A program made the translations under genes and the position numbers. This document shows, one piece after another, positions 48,279-56,867 of a DNA stretch of 64,000 nucleotides. Each line of letters begins with the position of its first letter. Positions within the stretch are counted from its first letter, which is position 1. This DNA is from Minisyncoccia bacterium (GTDB lineage: Bacteria > Patescibacteriota > Minisyncoccia > Phycocordibacterales > UBA9973): positions 409,319-473,318 of the forward strand of contig CBFHKH010000001.1 of the NCBI GenBank assembly GCA_965656375.1, read 5' to 3'. The notes below the pieces were generated by a model, which saw only the letters and a list, made by a program, of their open reading frames with translations, searched no databases and was not told the origin of the DNA.

Positions 48279-48722
48279 CTAAAGTCCTTTGTGATTCTTG
48301 TGCGCTTGTTTTTCAATATCTTCGAGCCTCTTTGAGATCTCGACAAGTTCTTTTTGAATATCACTGATCGCACTGAGCTCGTCTTTTATCTCAGCATCAT
48401 TTCTCTCTGTAAGTTTCTTCTCACCTCGAAGTCCAGAGAGGATAAGTTCATTCCCGATAAAACTCGAAGTAAACGCTCCCGTAAAAGAAAGGAGTACAAC
48501 ACCGACACATAATGAGAGCGGTCCATCCCACCACGGGGCAAACATAATACTCGTCGAACCATCAGAATAGATACCATCTATCAGCGTATGGATATTATCA
48601 ACACTATGCCAGACTCCTCGCCAAAAAAGCACTATTCCGATACCGACAATAAATGCATAGAATTTGGGATGATGACTCAGAATGTTTTGAATCCGCAGTT
48701 CCAAGTTTTTTACAGTCTTCAT
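48279..48722 (-). CDS. Hypothetical membrane protein with C-terminal coiled coil
   Basis: Two or three TM segments followed by a coiled-coil tail. Confidence 0.5.
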   Translation of the reverse strand: MKTVKNLELRIQNILSHHPKFYAFIVGIGIVLFWRGVWHSVDNIHTLIDGIYSDGSTSIMFAPWWDGPLSLCVGVVLLSFTGAFTSSFIGNELILSGLRGEKKLTERNDAEIKDELSAISDIQKELVEISKRLEDIEKQAHKNHKGL

Positions 48723-48743
48723 ATATGTAGTATACCAGATTCA

Positions 48744-48779
48744 AATACAGTCTTCGAGAATATTCTCGAAGACTGTATT
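48744..48779. repeat. Perfect 36-bp palindrome (16-bp arms, 4-nt spacer)
   Basis: aatacagtcttcgaga-atat-tctcgaagactgtatt, located between the FN3-protein gene stop and the next gene start. Confidence 0.7.
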
Positions 48780-48802
48780 GGTAGCGCTTATACTTTGATA
48801 CA

Positions 48803-49891
48803 CTATCGTTTTGTAGTGAAGGATACAGTTTTACCGTAGACTGTACCATGATCGTTCATACCAACAAGGCGATAATAATATTTTGTATTCGACGAAAGAT
48901 TGTTTACATTGATCTCTACCTCTTGTGTGTCCATACCAGAGAGTGTCCTCTTTGGAGTACCACTTCCTATCAAGTTTCCAAGAAGAGAGTCAGTACTATA
49001 CTCGAACCAATAGGTCGTCTGTGCATCATTTGGATTTATCCGTCCATTGAATACTGCATCAGAAGAGCTAATGCTGCTTGCATTTAGAGTCTCAACAGAT
49101 GGCTTGCTTGATTGCGCAGGGCCAGACGTAGTGAAATTCATAGTTGTTCCATTCACTGTACCGTACTGATTCTGTGCATTCAAGCGGAAGTAATATTTTG
49201 TAAGAGGTTCGAGTCCTGTGAGAGACATTGGAACAGACATAAATGTCGTACCTGAATTTGTAGCTCGGTATCCGGTTACAGACCCGAAGCTATTGTCCGT
49301 TCCGTATTCATACCAGTAGCTCGTGTCTGTACCATTTGGATTTACTTGGCCATTGATAGTAGCAGAGGTACGAGCAATATCACCTGCAGCATTTGTGCGC
49401 GTTGAAGGAGCTTTCGCCTGAGGTGGTGAGGTCATGTTTGTCTGGAAAGTATATGTAGTGCCATTCACAGTTCCGAATTTATTCTGTGCACTTAAGCGAT
49501 AGTAGTAGAGCGTGTTTGCTTTAAGACCTGTGATGAATGCAGGTGTTGGGGTAACATAATATCCTGAACCAATTGCTTGTGATGTACTCCGAGTGCCGAG
49601 TGCTGTTGTTTCCCCATATTCGTACCAGTATGTTGTAGCTGCTCCATTCGGCTTTACTGTTCCTGTGACTGCTGCAGTTGAGCTTGAAGTGTTGGCATTT
49701 GAATTTGTCACTACGATTGGTGCAGCTGGCGTTGCTACAGTCGAGGTTGGTGTGGGTGTAGTACCCTCTTCTGTAATAACAGGAAGTACTGTGGTATTGT
49801 CTACCATTACTTTATCTTTTGTTGATATATAGTATCCGAGTCCGATGATGATTATTAAGATCAATAATCCGATTACTGTATTTTTATTCAT
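48803..49891 (-). CDS. Membrane-anchored surface protein with three FN3-like NPNG..T.YW(F/Y)EYGT...YY(Y/F)RL.A.N repeats
   Basis: N-terminal TM, Thr/Pro linker, then three roughly 95-aa repeats of identical pattern. Confidence 0.7.
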   Translation of the reverse strand: MNKNTVIGLLILIIIIGLGYYISTKDKVMVDNTTVLPVITEEGTTPTPTSTVATPAAPIVVTNSNANTSSSTAAVTGTVKPNGAATTYWYEYGETTALGTRSTSQAIGSGYYVTPTPAFITGLKANTLYYYRLSAQNKFGTVNGTTYTFQTNMTSPPQAKAPSTRTNAAGDIARTSATINGQVNPNGTDTSYWYEYGTDNSFGSVTGYRATNSGTTFMSVPMSLTGLEPLTKYYFRLNAQNQYGTVNGTTMNFTTSGPAQSSKPSVETLNASSISSSDAVFNGRINPNDAQTTYWFEYSTDSLLGNLIGSGTPKRTLSGMDTQEVEINVNNLSSNTKYYYRLVGMNDHGTVYGKTVSFTTKR

Positions 49892-49970
49892 AAAATCAAA
49901 ATTAGTTAGTAAAATTACAATTATTTATAAATGAGTGCGACCTTTATACCTAATAAGCCTACCATGTAGG

Positions 49971-49997
49971 TAGACGGCCCAGTAATTACAATCTTAC
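49971..49997 (-). promoter_or_regulatory. ECF-type promoter GGTAAG-N16-CGTCTACC upstream of the FN3-repeat protein gene
   Basis: Minus-strand GTAAG (49993-49997), 16-nt spacer, CGTCTA (49971-49976). Same motif as three other sites in the window. Confidence 0.5.
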
Positions 49998-50023
49998 CAG
50001 TGAAAATAGGTACCTGAGTATCT

Positions 50024-50452
50024 TTATCTAAGTTTGCCTTGTTCGGTAAGCACTCTTTTAATATTGAAACGCATAGAGAGAATTCGCCCAAGCATGGCGC
50101 CTTCGATAAAACTAAATGTAAACGCAGAGAGGATCGCGCCAGTAAGCCAATGCTCAAAGATAAAATGGCGAGAAAAAGAGAATATAATATATAGCACGAG
50201 AACGACAATTCCTATCCTATCGAGTCTACCGATCACCTTTTCCTCTTCGGCATGCCATTCGATCGAGAACATTCGCCCAGCAATAAATCCTATCCCGACA
50301 CCAAGGAAAATCCCCAGGATTAAAAGAAGAATCTTGATATGGCTTATATATACTTCATATACAAGCACACCGGACATGATCGCGAGAATTACCACAAATA
50401 TTCTCAATCTCCGTATCAATTTCTTATCTACATGTACATGCTCATCTTGCAT
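50024..50452 (-). CDS. Hypothetical 4-TM membrane protein
   Basis: ORF with 4 hydrophobic helices, downstream of the sigma/anti-sigma pair. Confidence 0.5.
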   Translation of the reverse strand: MQDEHVHVDKKLIRRLRIFVVILAIMSGVLVYEVYISHIKILLLILGIFLGVGIGFIAGRMFSIEWHAEEEKVIGRLDRIGIVVLVLYIIFSFSRHFIFEHWLTGAILSAFTFSFIEGAMLGRILSMRFNIKRVLTEQGKLR

Positions 50453-50468
50453 GTATGTATTTTATCTT

Positions 50469-51509
50469 TTATCTCCACTCGTGTCTATTTTCGTCTGGAA
50501 ACGATTGTTCTTTGATGCTATTTCTATCACGTTTTGAATGAGTATTTTCTTCTTTCAATTGAAGTCCTGCTTTCAAAAAGATATCGGCTTCTGTAACTGA
50601 ATTTTCAGATTCAAGAAGCTTTGAGTATGCGTTCTCTTTATTTTCTTCGATATTGCCTTCATCAGACTCTTTCAACAGTTGTGCCGCCTGATCGAGTGTC
50701 TCCTGAGCGGTATTGATCACTCGTTGCTGCACTCGTGAATCCTTGCTCTCTGTACGATCTAGATTTTTATTTGTCGAATCTATGAGTGATTTAACCATTT
50801 CTTTTTTCTTGTTGTATCGTTCAGATGAATTGATCTCCTTGGTTTTCCAATTTGTTCGTATTGTATCGACGCTCGCACGAGCTGTCTTTGAGATCTCATT
50901 TCCTTCTGGTGTGTCTTCCTCTTTCTGATCAGAATCGATGATATCAAGAACTTTCGCATGGGCATTCATTCCCGCTTGGAAATTACGTACGATATCATCA
51001 ATTTTGTCCGATGATTTTTCTTTATCGAGCTCTATAAGACTTTTTTCCAAAGCCTTCGTATGAGTTTCCAAGAGGACAGCTATTTCTTTTTGCTTTGTCT
51101 CATCAAGGTTACCTGTCGAGGCAAGAGTCTCTGCTTCAACCATACGCTTTTTTGCACGGGTGCTTTCATATTCTGCTTTTGCTTCTTGTGAAAACGTAAG
51201 GCGAGCTCGAACAGGTTCTACAATATTTACTTTTACCGCATAGAGAGCGTCTCCCGGCAAACTCTCTTCTGAAGCAAATACTGCTTCTCGGCCGCCGACA
51301 AACACGATCAATAACATCGCAATACTTGCATAGAAAAAGCGATGCCGTTTTGAGAATATAAAAGAATACGACACCCATGAACTCTGTACTGGTTTTTTTA
51401 CAACTTGCGACGTACTCAAAATACGACCGAGCATGCGTTCTTTCTCAGCATCAGTCATGGTGATTTTTTTTATCTGTTGTATTCCTTTGTGTAATTTTTC
51501 GTCTTCCAT
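50469..51509 (-). CDS. Putative anti-sigma factor (DUF5667-like; single TM; LPGDALYAVK motif)
   Basis: Follows the ECF sigma with a 1-3 nt overlap. Cytoplasmic N-terminus, TM, then an extracytoplasmic domain with a PGD.LY motif and a Lys/Glu-rich tail. Confidence 0.55.
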   Translation of the reverse strand: MEDEKLHKGIQQIKKITMTDAEKERMLGRILSTSQVVKKPVQSSWVSYSFIFSKRHRFFYASIAMLLIVFVGGREAVFASEESLPGDALYAVKVNIVEPVRARLTFSQEAKAEYESTRAKKRMVEAETLASTGNLDETKQKEIAVLLETHTKALEKSLIELDKEKSSDKIDDIVRNFQAGMNAHAKVLDIIDSDQKEEDTPEGNEISKTARASVDTIRTNWKTKEINSSERYNKKKEMVKSLIDSTNKNLDRTESKDSRVQQRVINTAQETLDQAAQLLKESDEGNIEENKENAYSKLLESENSVTEADIFLKAGLQLKEENTHSKRDRNSIKEQSFPDENRHEWR

Positions 51510-51510
51510 T

Positions 51511-52038
51511 TTAATTTCCTTCTTCAATACTATACCCTGTCTTTTTTCGCAGCTCGAGCAATCCGCGATTAACCCGAACTGACGCTGCGTTGGCAGATAT
51601 GCCAAGACTTTCTCCTATCTCTCCTGGTGATAATCCTTCTACATACCGCAAATACACAGGATCTCGATATGTCGGAGACAATTCATTGATTTTCTCCAAG
51701 AGATATCTACCTTCTGGCCCAAGATCAAGATTGTCTGCTGTGCTCGCATCGATGACATCATACTCCCCCGTCTCTTCATCTGCCATTTTGCTGAACACAA
51801 TGCTCTTCTTCTTGCGATACCAGTCGATAATCAGGTGTCGAATGATGGTAAAGAGAAATGCTCTCGTATTTTGTATTTCATCCCCTTTTTGCATCGTTTG
51901 CCAGAGGCGAACAAAAGCTTCCTGGGTGATATCGAGAGCTTGCTCTCTATCAGACACGCGAGTCAAGCAAAATCGGAATAGGGTGTCTGACTCTGTAGTG
52001 TATATCTCTTCAAATGTATGGGTAATATCAGGTTTCAT
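51511..52038 (-). CDS. ECF-family RNA polymerase sigma factor
   Basis: Regions 2 and 4 (IIDWYRKKKS...LSPGEIGESLGISANAASVR). Paralogue of 60519-61031. Confidence 0.85.
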   Translation of the reverse strand: MKPDITHTFEEIYTTESDTLFRFCLTRVSDREQALDITQEAFVRLWQTMQKGDEIQNTRAFLFTIIRHLIIDWYRKKKSIVFSKMADEETGEYDVIDASTADNLDLGPEGRYLLEKINELSPTYRDPVYLRYVEGLSPGEIGESLGISANAASVRVNRGLLELRKKTGYSIEEGN

Positions 52039-52130
52039 TGGGAAAGACGAACAAAAGCGCTATTTCTTACGTACTCGTACGGCCGTTGCTATCTAGATAT
52101 AAAATACAATATATATCATCCAATGTCTAT

Positions 52131-52158
52131 GTAAGGAAAGAGAATAGAGCTCCGTCTA
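52131..52158 (+). promoter_or_regulatory. ECF-type promoter GTAAG-N17-CGTCTACC upstream of the PKD/FN3 protein gene
   Basis: Plus-strand GTAAG at 52131-52135 and CGTCTA at 52153-52158, followed by the palindrome tataggg-atatat-accctata (52166-52186). Confidence 0.45.
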
Positions 52159-52237
52159 CCATAGTATAGGTTACTTATAGGGATATATACCCTATAAAAA
52201 GCCTTCAAATTATCAAATTAATTGAGTAAATAAAATT

Positions 52238-53479
52238 ATGAAAAAAACAAAATTTATAACAAGTTCGCTTTTGATTCTATCCATGGCTATCGTGCCGTTC
52301 GTAAGTTCTGCGGATAATGGATTTCTTTTCCGTGGAGACGATAATAATCGCAGTATCCGAGTAGAAACTCGGGCTGACCTTGATGCGAAAGCAAAAGTAG
52401 ATCTAAAACATGAAAGTAATAAAAATAAAGAAGATAAAGATAAGGATCGAGATTCTCGTTCCAATAAATCAATCTTGGGTGCGTTATTTGGTTCATCTGA
52501 GAATCGCGTAAATGCAGAAGTAAAAGCAAATAGTAATGCGAGCTTTAACCGTAACAACATACCGATTATTTCTGGGATTACTGCTCCAACAATGTTGAAG
52601 GTTGGAGAAACAGGTACATGGACAGTAAATGCATCTGATTCATCTAATGGATCACTCTCATACTCAGTTAACTGGGGTGACAGAAAAGACGATAGTACTG
52701 CAAAGATGTCATCAGAATCATTTACTCAGACAAGTACATTTACCCATGCATATGCGAACCCGGGAACATACAAGATCGCATTCGCAGTTAAAAATAGTGC
52801 AGGGCTTTCAGCAGTTTCCACTACAACAGTCCGCGTAACAAGTACAAATACAGTTGCCGCACCAGTTATTAGTAATGTTTCTGTTACATCAACAAAGCCA
52901 CATCAGGCTACAGTAACATGGACTACAGATGTCCGTTCAACGAGCCTCGTTTGGTACAGCAAAACATCACCAGTTAACACTTCAGGAAATGCAAACATTG
53001 CTCGAAATTCATTCTGGAATTCTTTCTGGAACGTGAAGGGTCGTGATCACAAGGTTACTCTTACAAAACTAGAACCAGGTACGACATACTATGTAATAGT
53101 AGGTTCCGCAAATGCTTCTGGCAAGACTCTATCATCAGAAGTATCTGTAACAACACCTGCTCTTCCAAATTCAAGTAACGCACCAGTGATAACAAGCCTT
53201 ACAGGAAATACATCAGTAGTAGTGGGACAAACAGCAACAATTACAGTTAACGCCTATGATCCAGATAACGGTTCCCTTACCTACACAGCAGACTGGGGTG
53301 ATAACACAAGTTCTACATTCTCACTCAAAGCTGGCACTGATGTGTATACACAGACAAGCACATTTACCCACGTTTATGATGTAGCAGGTACATATAAAGC
53401 CACATTCACCGCACAAAACAGTAAAGGATTGAAAGCATCTTCATCAGTAAATATCACAGCACAAGCTGCTACTCAATAA
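52238..53479 (+). CDS. Secreted protein with two PKD domains flanking an FN3-like domain
   Basis: Signal peptide. The W.GDxxD...P.H.Y...GTYK pattern occurs twice (SYSVNWGDRKDD / YTADWGDNTSS); central VTWTT...YYVIV FN3-like domain. Confidence 0.75.
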   Translation: MKKTKFITSSLLILSMAIVPFVSSADNGFLFRGDDNNRSIRVETRADLDAKAKVDLKHESNKNKEDKDKDRDSRSNKSILGALFGSSENRVNAEVKANSNASFNRNNIPIISGITAPTMLKVGETGTWTVNASDSSNGSLSYSVNWGDRKDDSTAKMSSESFTQTSTFTHAYANPGTYKIAFAVKNSAGLSAVSTTTVRVTSTNTVAAPVISNVSVTSTKPHQATVTWTTDVRSTSLVWYSKTSPVNTSGNANIARNSFWNSFWNVKGRDHKVTLTKLEPGTTYYVIVGSANASGKTLSSEVSVTTPALPNSSNAPVITSLTGNTSVVVGQTATITVNAYDPDNGSLTYTADWGDNTSSTFSLKAGTDVYTQTSTFTHVYDVAGTYKATFTAQNSKGLKASSSVNITAQAATQ

Positions 53480-53527
53480 CAACAGTCGTGTGAGAAAAGC
53501 ATCATTATCAGTTAATCAAATACATAT

Positions 53528-54040
53528 ATGATTACAACAGCAGGAATCTTTAGGACTCATTTAGAAGCAGAACGAGCAATCAATGAATTACACGCATTCG
53601 GTGTCGCTACAAGTGATATGTCATACGTATATATCGATGTTGATGGAGAAATAATCGATGCACACACAGATAGTAAAATAGGTTCAGGCCTTGCTTCTGG
53701 CGCAACGACAGGGTCAGTCCTTGGAGCAATCGCTGGCCTTGCTATCGCAAACGGCATCTTGCCAGGACTTGGTTCACTCATAGTAGCTGGACCACTCGCA
53801 GCAGCGCTCGGATTTACGGGTGTAGCAGCTACAACAGTAGCAGGTGCAGCTACGGGCGCAATGGCAGGAGGATTCATCGGGGCACTCAGCAATATGGGTG
53901 TAGAAAGTGCTGATGCAGCGATCTATGAGAACTCTGTCCGCTTAGGAGAAGTATTAGTCGTCGTAAAGTCACAAAATCTCGTTACAAAAGATATCTTCGA
54001 AAAAGCAGGGGCTCGCGAGATCAGAGAGTACATACATTAA
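53528..54040 (+). CDS. General stress protein YflT-like (DUF1269) with glycine-zipper membrane region
   Basis: N-terminus GIFRTHLEAERAINELHAFGV resembles B. subtilis YflT; central Gly/Ala-zipper repeats. Confidence 0.6.
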   Translation: MITTAGIFRTHLEAERAINELHAFGVATSDMSYVYIDVDGEIIDAHTDSKIGSGLASGATTGSVLGAIAGLAIANGILPGLGSLIVAGPLAAALGFTGVAATTVAGAATGAMAGGFIGALSNMGVESADAAIYENSVRLGEVLVVVKSQNLVTKDIFEKAGAREIREYIH

Positions 54041-54052
54041 ATAAAATAGAAA

Positions 54053-54088
54053 ATCCCGACAGAGAAAGATTACTGTCGGGATTTTCTA
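54053..54088. terminator. Bidirectional terminator
   Basis: atcccgacag...ctgtcgggat 10-bp hairpin with T-runs on both strands; overlaps the nfi stop. Confidence 0.6.
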
Positions 54089-54762
54089 TATACATTCACG
54101 CCGAGATGCGCTTGGCGAGTCGGCTCAGGAAGACGATATCCCCGAAGACAACTTTCTACAAAGGATACTGACTCATCGATCGTAATCAAATGTCCAGGAG
54201 AGATGATAAGTGGATTAGATCCCTTTTTCGTTTTGAATGCTTTGCCAATTTTCTCTCGAGTTTTTGGATCAACGATATCATTCTTGGTGCCCACATCTAT
54301 AGGAACTTCGTATGTACCATAGAGCTTACTTTTGCCGACTCCAATAGTAGGTACACCTGCAAGAATTCCGAAATGACTTGCAATACCGAGCCGTCTCGGA
54401 TGAGCGATACCTTGGCCATCTACCATGACGAGATCTGGTTTTTGTTTGAGTTTTTTCCATGCTTCAAGCAGTCCTGGTATTTCTCTGAATGAAAGGAGTC
54501 CAGGGATGTATGGGAACTTTGCCTCAAGTTTTACATATGCCTGATCAATTATCGCAAGTTCAGGATATGAGAGAACCACGATTCCCGCATACAAATCTTT
54601 TCCAAACATATTGAGTGAAACATCAGCCCCGCCGATCGTCCGTATCTGTTTTTGAAGTGGAGAAAGAGTAACCGCATCCGTGAGTGTTTTTTGAATCGCA
54701 ATTGCTTCGCGCGCAGATACATCCCATGCATGAGATATGTTGTTTTCTTTTGAGTGCTTCAT
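54070..54762 (-). CDS. nfi: Endonuclease V
   Basis: GADVS...PGLLSFRE...DGQGIAHPRRLGIASHFG...PTIGVGK motifs. Confidence 0.85.
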   Translation of the reverse strand: MKHSKENNISHAWDVSAREAIAIQKTLTDAVTLSPLQKQIRTIGGADVSLNMFGKDLYAGIVVLSYPELAIIDQAYVKLEAKFPYIPGLLSFREIPGLLEAWKKLKQKPDLVMVDGQGIAHPRRLGIASHFGILAGVPTIGVGKSKLYGTYEVPIDVGTKNDIVDPKTREKIGKAFKTKKGSNPLIISPGHLITIDESVSFVESCLRGYRLPEPTRQAHLGVNVYRKSRQ

Positions 54763-55922
54763 ATATCTTTCTTCCAATATTTCTGACCTTGTATCTTCTC
54801 TGGCAAGAGATCCTCTTTGGTATATTTCTCATACCCCTTGTGATAGCCGAGATCCTTCATAAGTTTCGTCGGTGCATTTCGTATCTTAAGCGGGATCGGC
54901 AAGTTGCCATGCTTCTTTGCGTCTTCTAGTGCTGCGAGGTATGCATAATATGCAGCTTTACTTTTTGGGGCTTCTGCGAGATAAATTACGCCATGTGAGA
55001 GATTAATCCCCGCTTCGGGATATCCGATCGTTTCCACTGCTCGAAAGACGGCATTCGCAACTACAAGCGCCTGTGGATCTTCCATACCGATATCTTCAGA
55101 AGCAAATATTACCATTCGTCGGGCGATGAATTTTGGATCTTCCCCAGCCTCGATCATTCGAGCGAGATAGTACAAACTTGCATCAGGCTGACTTGCGCGC
55201 ATGCTTTTTATAAATGCTGAAATTGTATTGTAATGTTCCTCGCCTTTTTTGTCGTAACGCAGATGTTTTGACTGAAGTGTCTGAGTTAGATTGGTGACTG
55301 TTATATCGCCATAGAGACGAGCAGTATTTTCAATCATAGCAATAGCTTGCCGTGCATCACCTGAAGCCATTTCAATCAGCCAATCAATTGCCTTCTCATC
55401 AAGTTCGTATCCTGTGCGTGCGATAATCTCTTTCATATTCTCGCCACTCAATTCTTCCATAACAAACACACGACATCGAGACAAGAGCGCTGAGATCACT
55501 TCAAATGATGGGTTTTCAGTTGTCGCGCCGATGAGGATTAATTTACCAGATTCTACTTGAGGAAGGAGAAAATCCTGCTGCGCTTTGTTAAAGCGATGAA
55601 TCTCGTCGAGAAAGAGAATTTTCGGACCAAACAAATCTCCACTTCCCTCTACGATTCTCCGAATATCATCCTTCCCTGCGGAAACAGCTGAAAGCTCGTG
55701 ATATTCTGCGTTGAGAGCTTTTGCATAGATACGCGCAAGTGTCGTTTTCCCGACTCCAGGCGGTCCCCAGAGAATAAATGAGAATATATGACCTTCTTCT
55801 ATCGCCACTCGAAGTGGTCCTTTGGCAATACCTTTCTTTATATCACCTATACCTACAAGGTGCGTTTGCCCAATGAATTCATCGAGGTTTTTGGGTCTAA
55901 TTTTTGATGCTAATGGCTCCAT
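54759..55922 (-). CDS. rarA: Replication-associated recombination protein A (AAA+ ATPase)
   Basis: N-terminus IRPKNLDEFIGQ; Walker A GPPGVGKTT; MgsA/RarA C-terminal domains. Confidence 0.9.
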   Translation of the reverse strand: MEPLASKIRPKNLDEFIGQTHLVGIGDIKKGIAKGPLRVAIEEGHIFSFILWGPPGVGKTTLARIYAKALNAEYHELSAVSAGKDDIRRIVEGSGDLFGPKILFLDEIHRFNKAQQDFLLPQVESGKLILIGATTENPSFEVISALLSRCRVFVMEELSGENMKEIIARTGYELDEKAIDWLIEMASGDARQAIAMIENTARLYGDITVTNLTQTLQSKHLRYDKKGEEHYNTISAFIKSMRASQPDASLYYLARMIEAGEDPKFIARRMVIFASEDIGMEDPQALVVANAVFRAVETIGYPEAGINLSHGVIYLAEAPKSKAAYYAYLAALEDAKKHGNLPIPLKIRNAPTKLMKDLGYHKGYEKYTKEDLLPEKIQGQKYWKKDI

Positions 55923-55989
55923 ATCTCTATTATACTCTCCTCGTCAATCCCTTTATAGTTATTTAAATCAAAGAGAGTATAATTAAAAT

Positions 55990-56838
55990 ATGAAAAAGAA
56001 AGTGCCTAAAAAACAATACCGAAGACCAGGACTCCAGTCGAAGATGAATCCAAAGCCAAAAAGCGACACTTCTGCGACCAAGAATACTCCTCGATTACAA
56101 GATAAGGTTGCGATAATCACCGGAGGAGATAGCGGTATTGGTCGTGCAGTAGCTATCGCATTTGCCAAAGAAGGCGCACAGGTGGCTATTGTATATCTCA
56201 ACGAGCACAAGGACGCAAAGGAAACAAAGCATCTTGTTGAAGAGTATGGAGGAGAGTGTATGCTCATCGCAGGTGATATCGGCCGAGAATCATTCGTAAA
56301 AAAAGCAGTAGGAAGCGTGAAGAAACACTTTAAGAAGATCGACATCATAGTCAACAACGCAGCCGAACAGCATCCACAAAAATCAATATTACAAGTAAGC
56401 GAGCGTCAGATTGAGCGGACATTTCGGACAAATATTTTTGCTCAGTTTTTCATGGTTAAAGCTGCGCTTCCCTATCTCAAAAAAGGAAGTACTATTATAA
56501 ACACCGCATCTGTGACTGCATATCGCGGAAGTAAAGATCTGCTTGATTATTCAGCGACAAAAGGTGCCATCGTAGCGTTCACTCGATCGCTGTCTGAATC
56601 CCTCGCAAAGAAAGGTATTCGAGTAAATGCAGTCGCACCTGGTGCAGTCTGGACTCCCCTCATTCCGTCTACATTTTCCAAAAAGAAAATGAAGAAATTC
56701 GGAACACAGAACCCTATGGAACGAGCAGGTGAACCGGCAGAGATAGCTCCGGCATTCGTATATTTGGCAAGCGAAGACTCGTCATTCATGACAGGCCAAG
56801 TACTCCATCCGAATGGAGGAGAAATAATAAACGGATAG
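55990..56838 (+). CDS. SDR-family oxidoreductase, YghA/YhdF (general stress protein 39)-like
   Basis: N-terminal extension KQYRRPGLQSKMNPKPK parallels YghA; TGGDSGIGR cofactor motif; catalytic YSATK. Confidence 0.85.
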   Translation: MKKKVPKKQYRRPGLQSKMNPKPKSDTSATKNTPRLQDKVAIITGGDSGIGRAVAIAFAKEGAQVAIVYLNEHKDAKETKHLVEEYGGECMLIAGDIGRESFVKKAVGSVKKHFKKIDIIVNNAAEQHPQKSILQVSERQIERTFRTNIFAQFFMVKAALPYLKKGSTIINTASVTAYRGSKDLLDYSATKGAIVAFTRSLSESLAKKGIRVNAVAPGAVWTPLIPSTFSKKKMKKFGTQNPMERAGEPAEIAPAFVYLASEDSSFMTGQVLHPNGGEIING

Positions 56839-56867
56839 GAGCTATTTTTATTGCTATAGCGATATAT

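Noticed and set aside
49921-50208. 95-aa ORF overlapping the end of the 50024-50452 membrane-protein gene
   Set aside because: It overlaps a better-supported gene in another frame, and its 5' part contains the ECF-type promoter (49971-49997) for the downstream FN3 gene. Treated as spurious.
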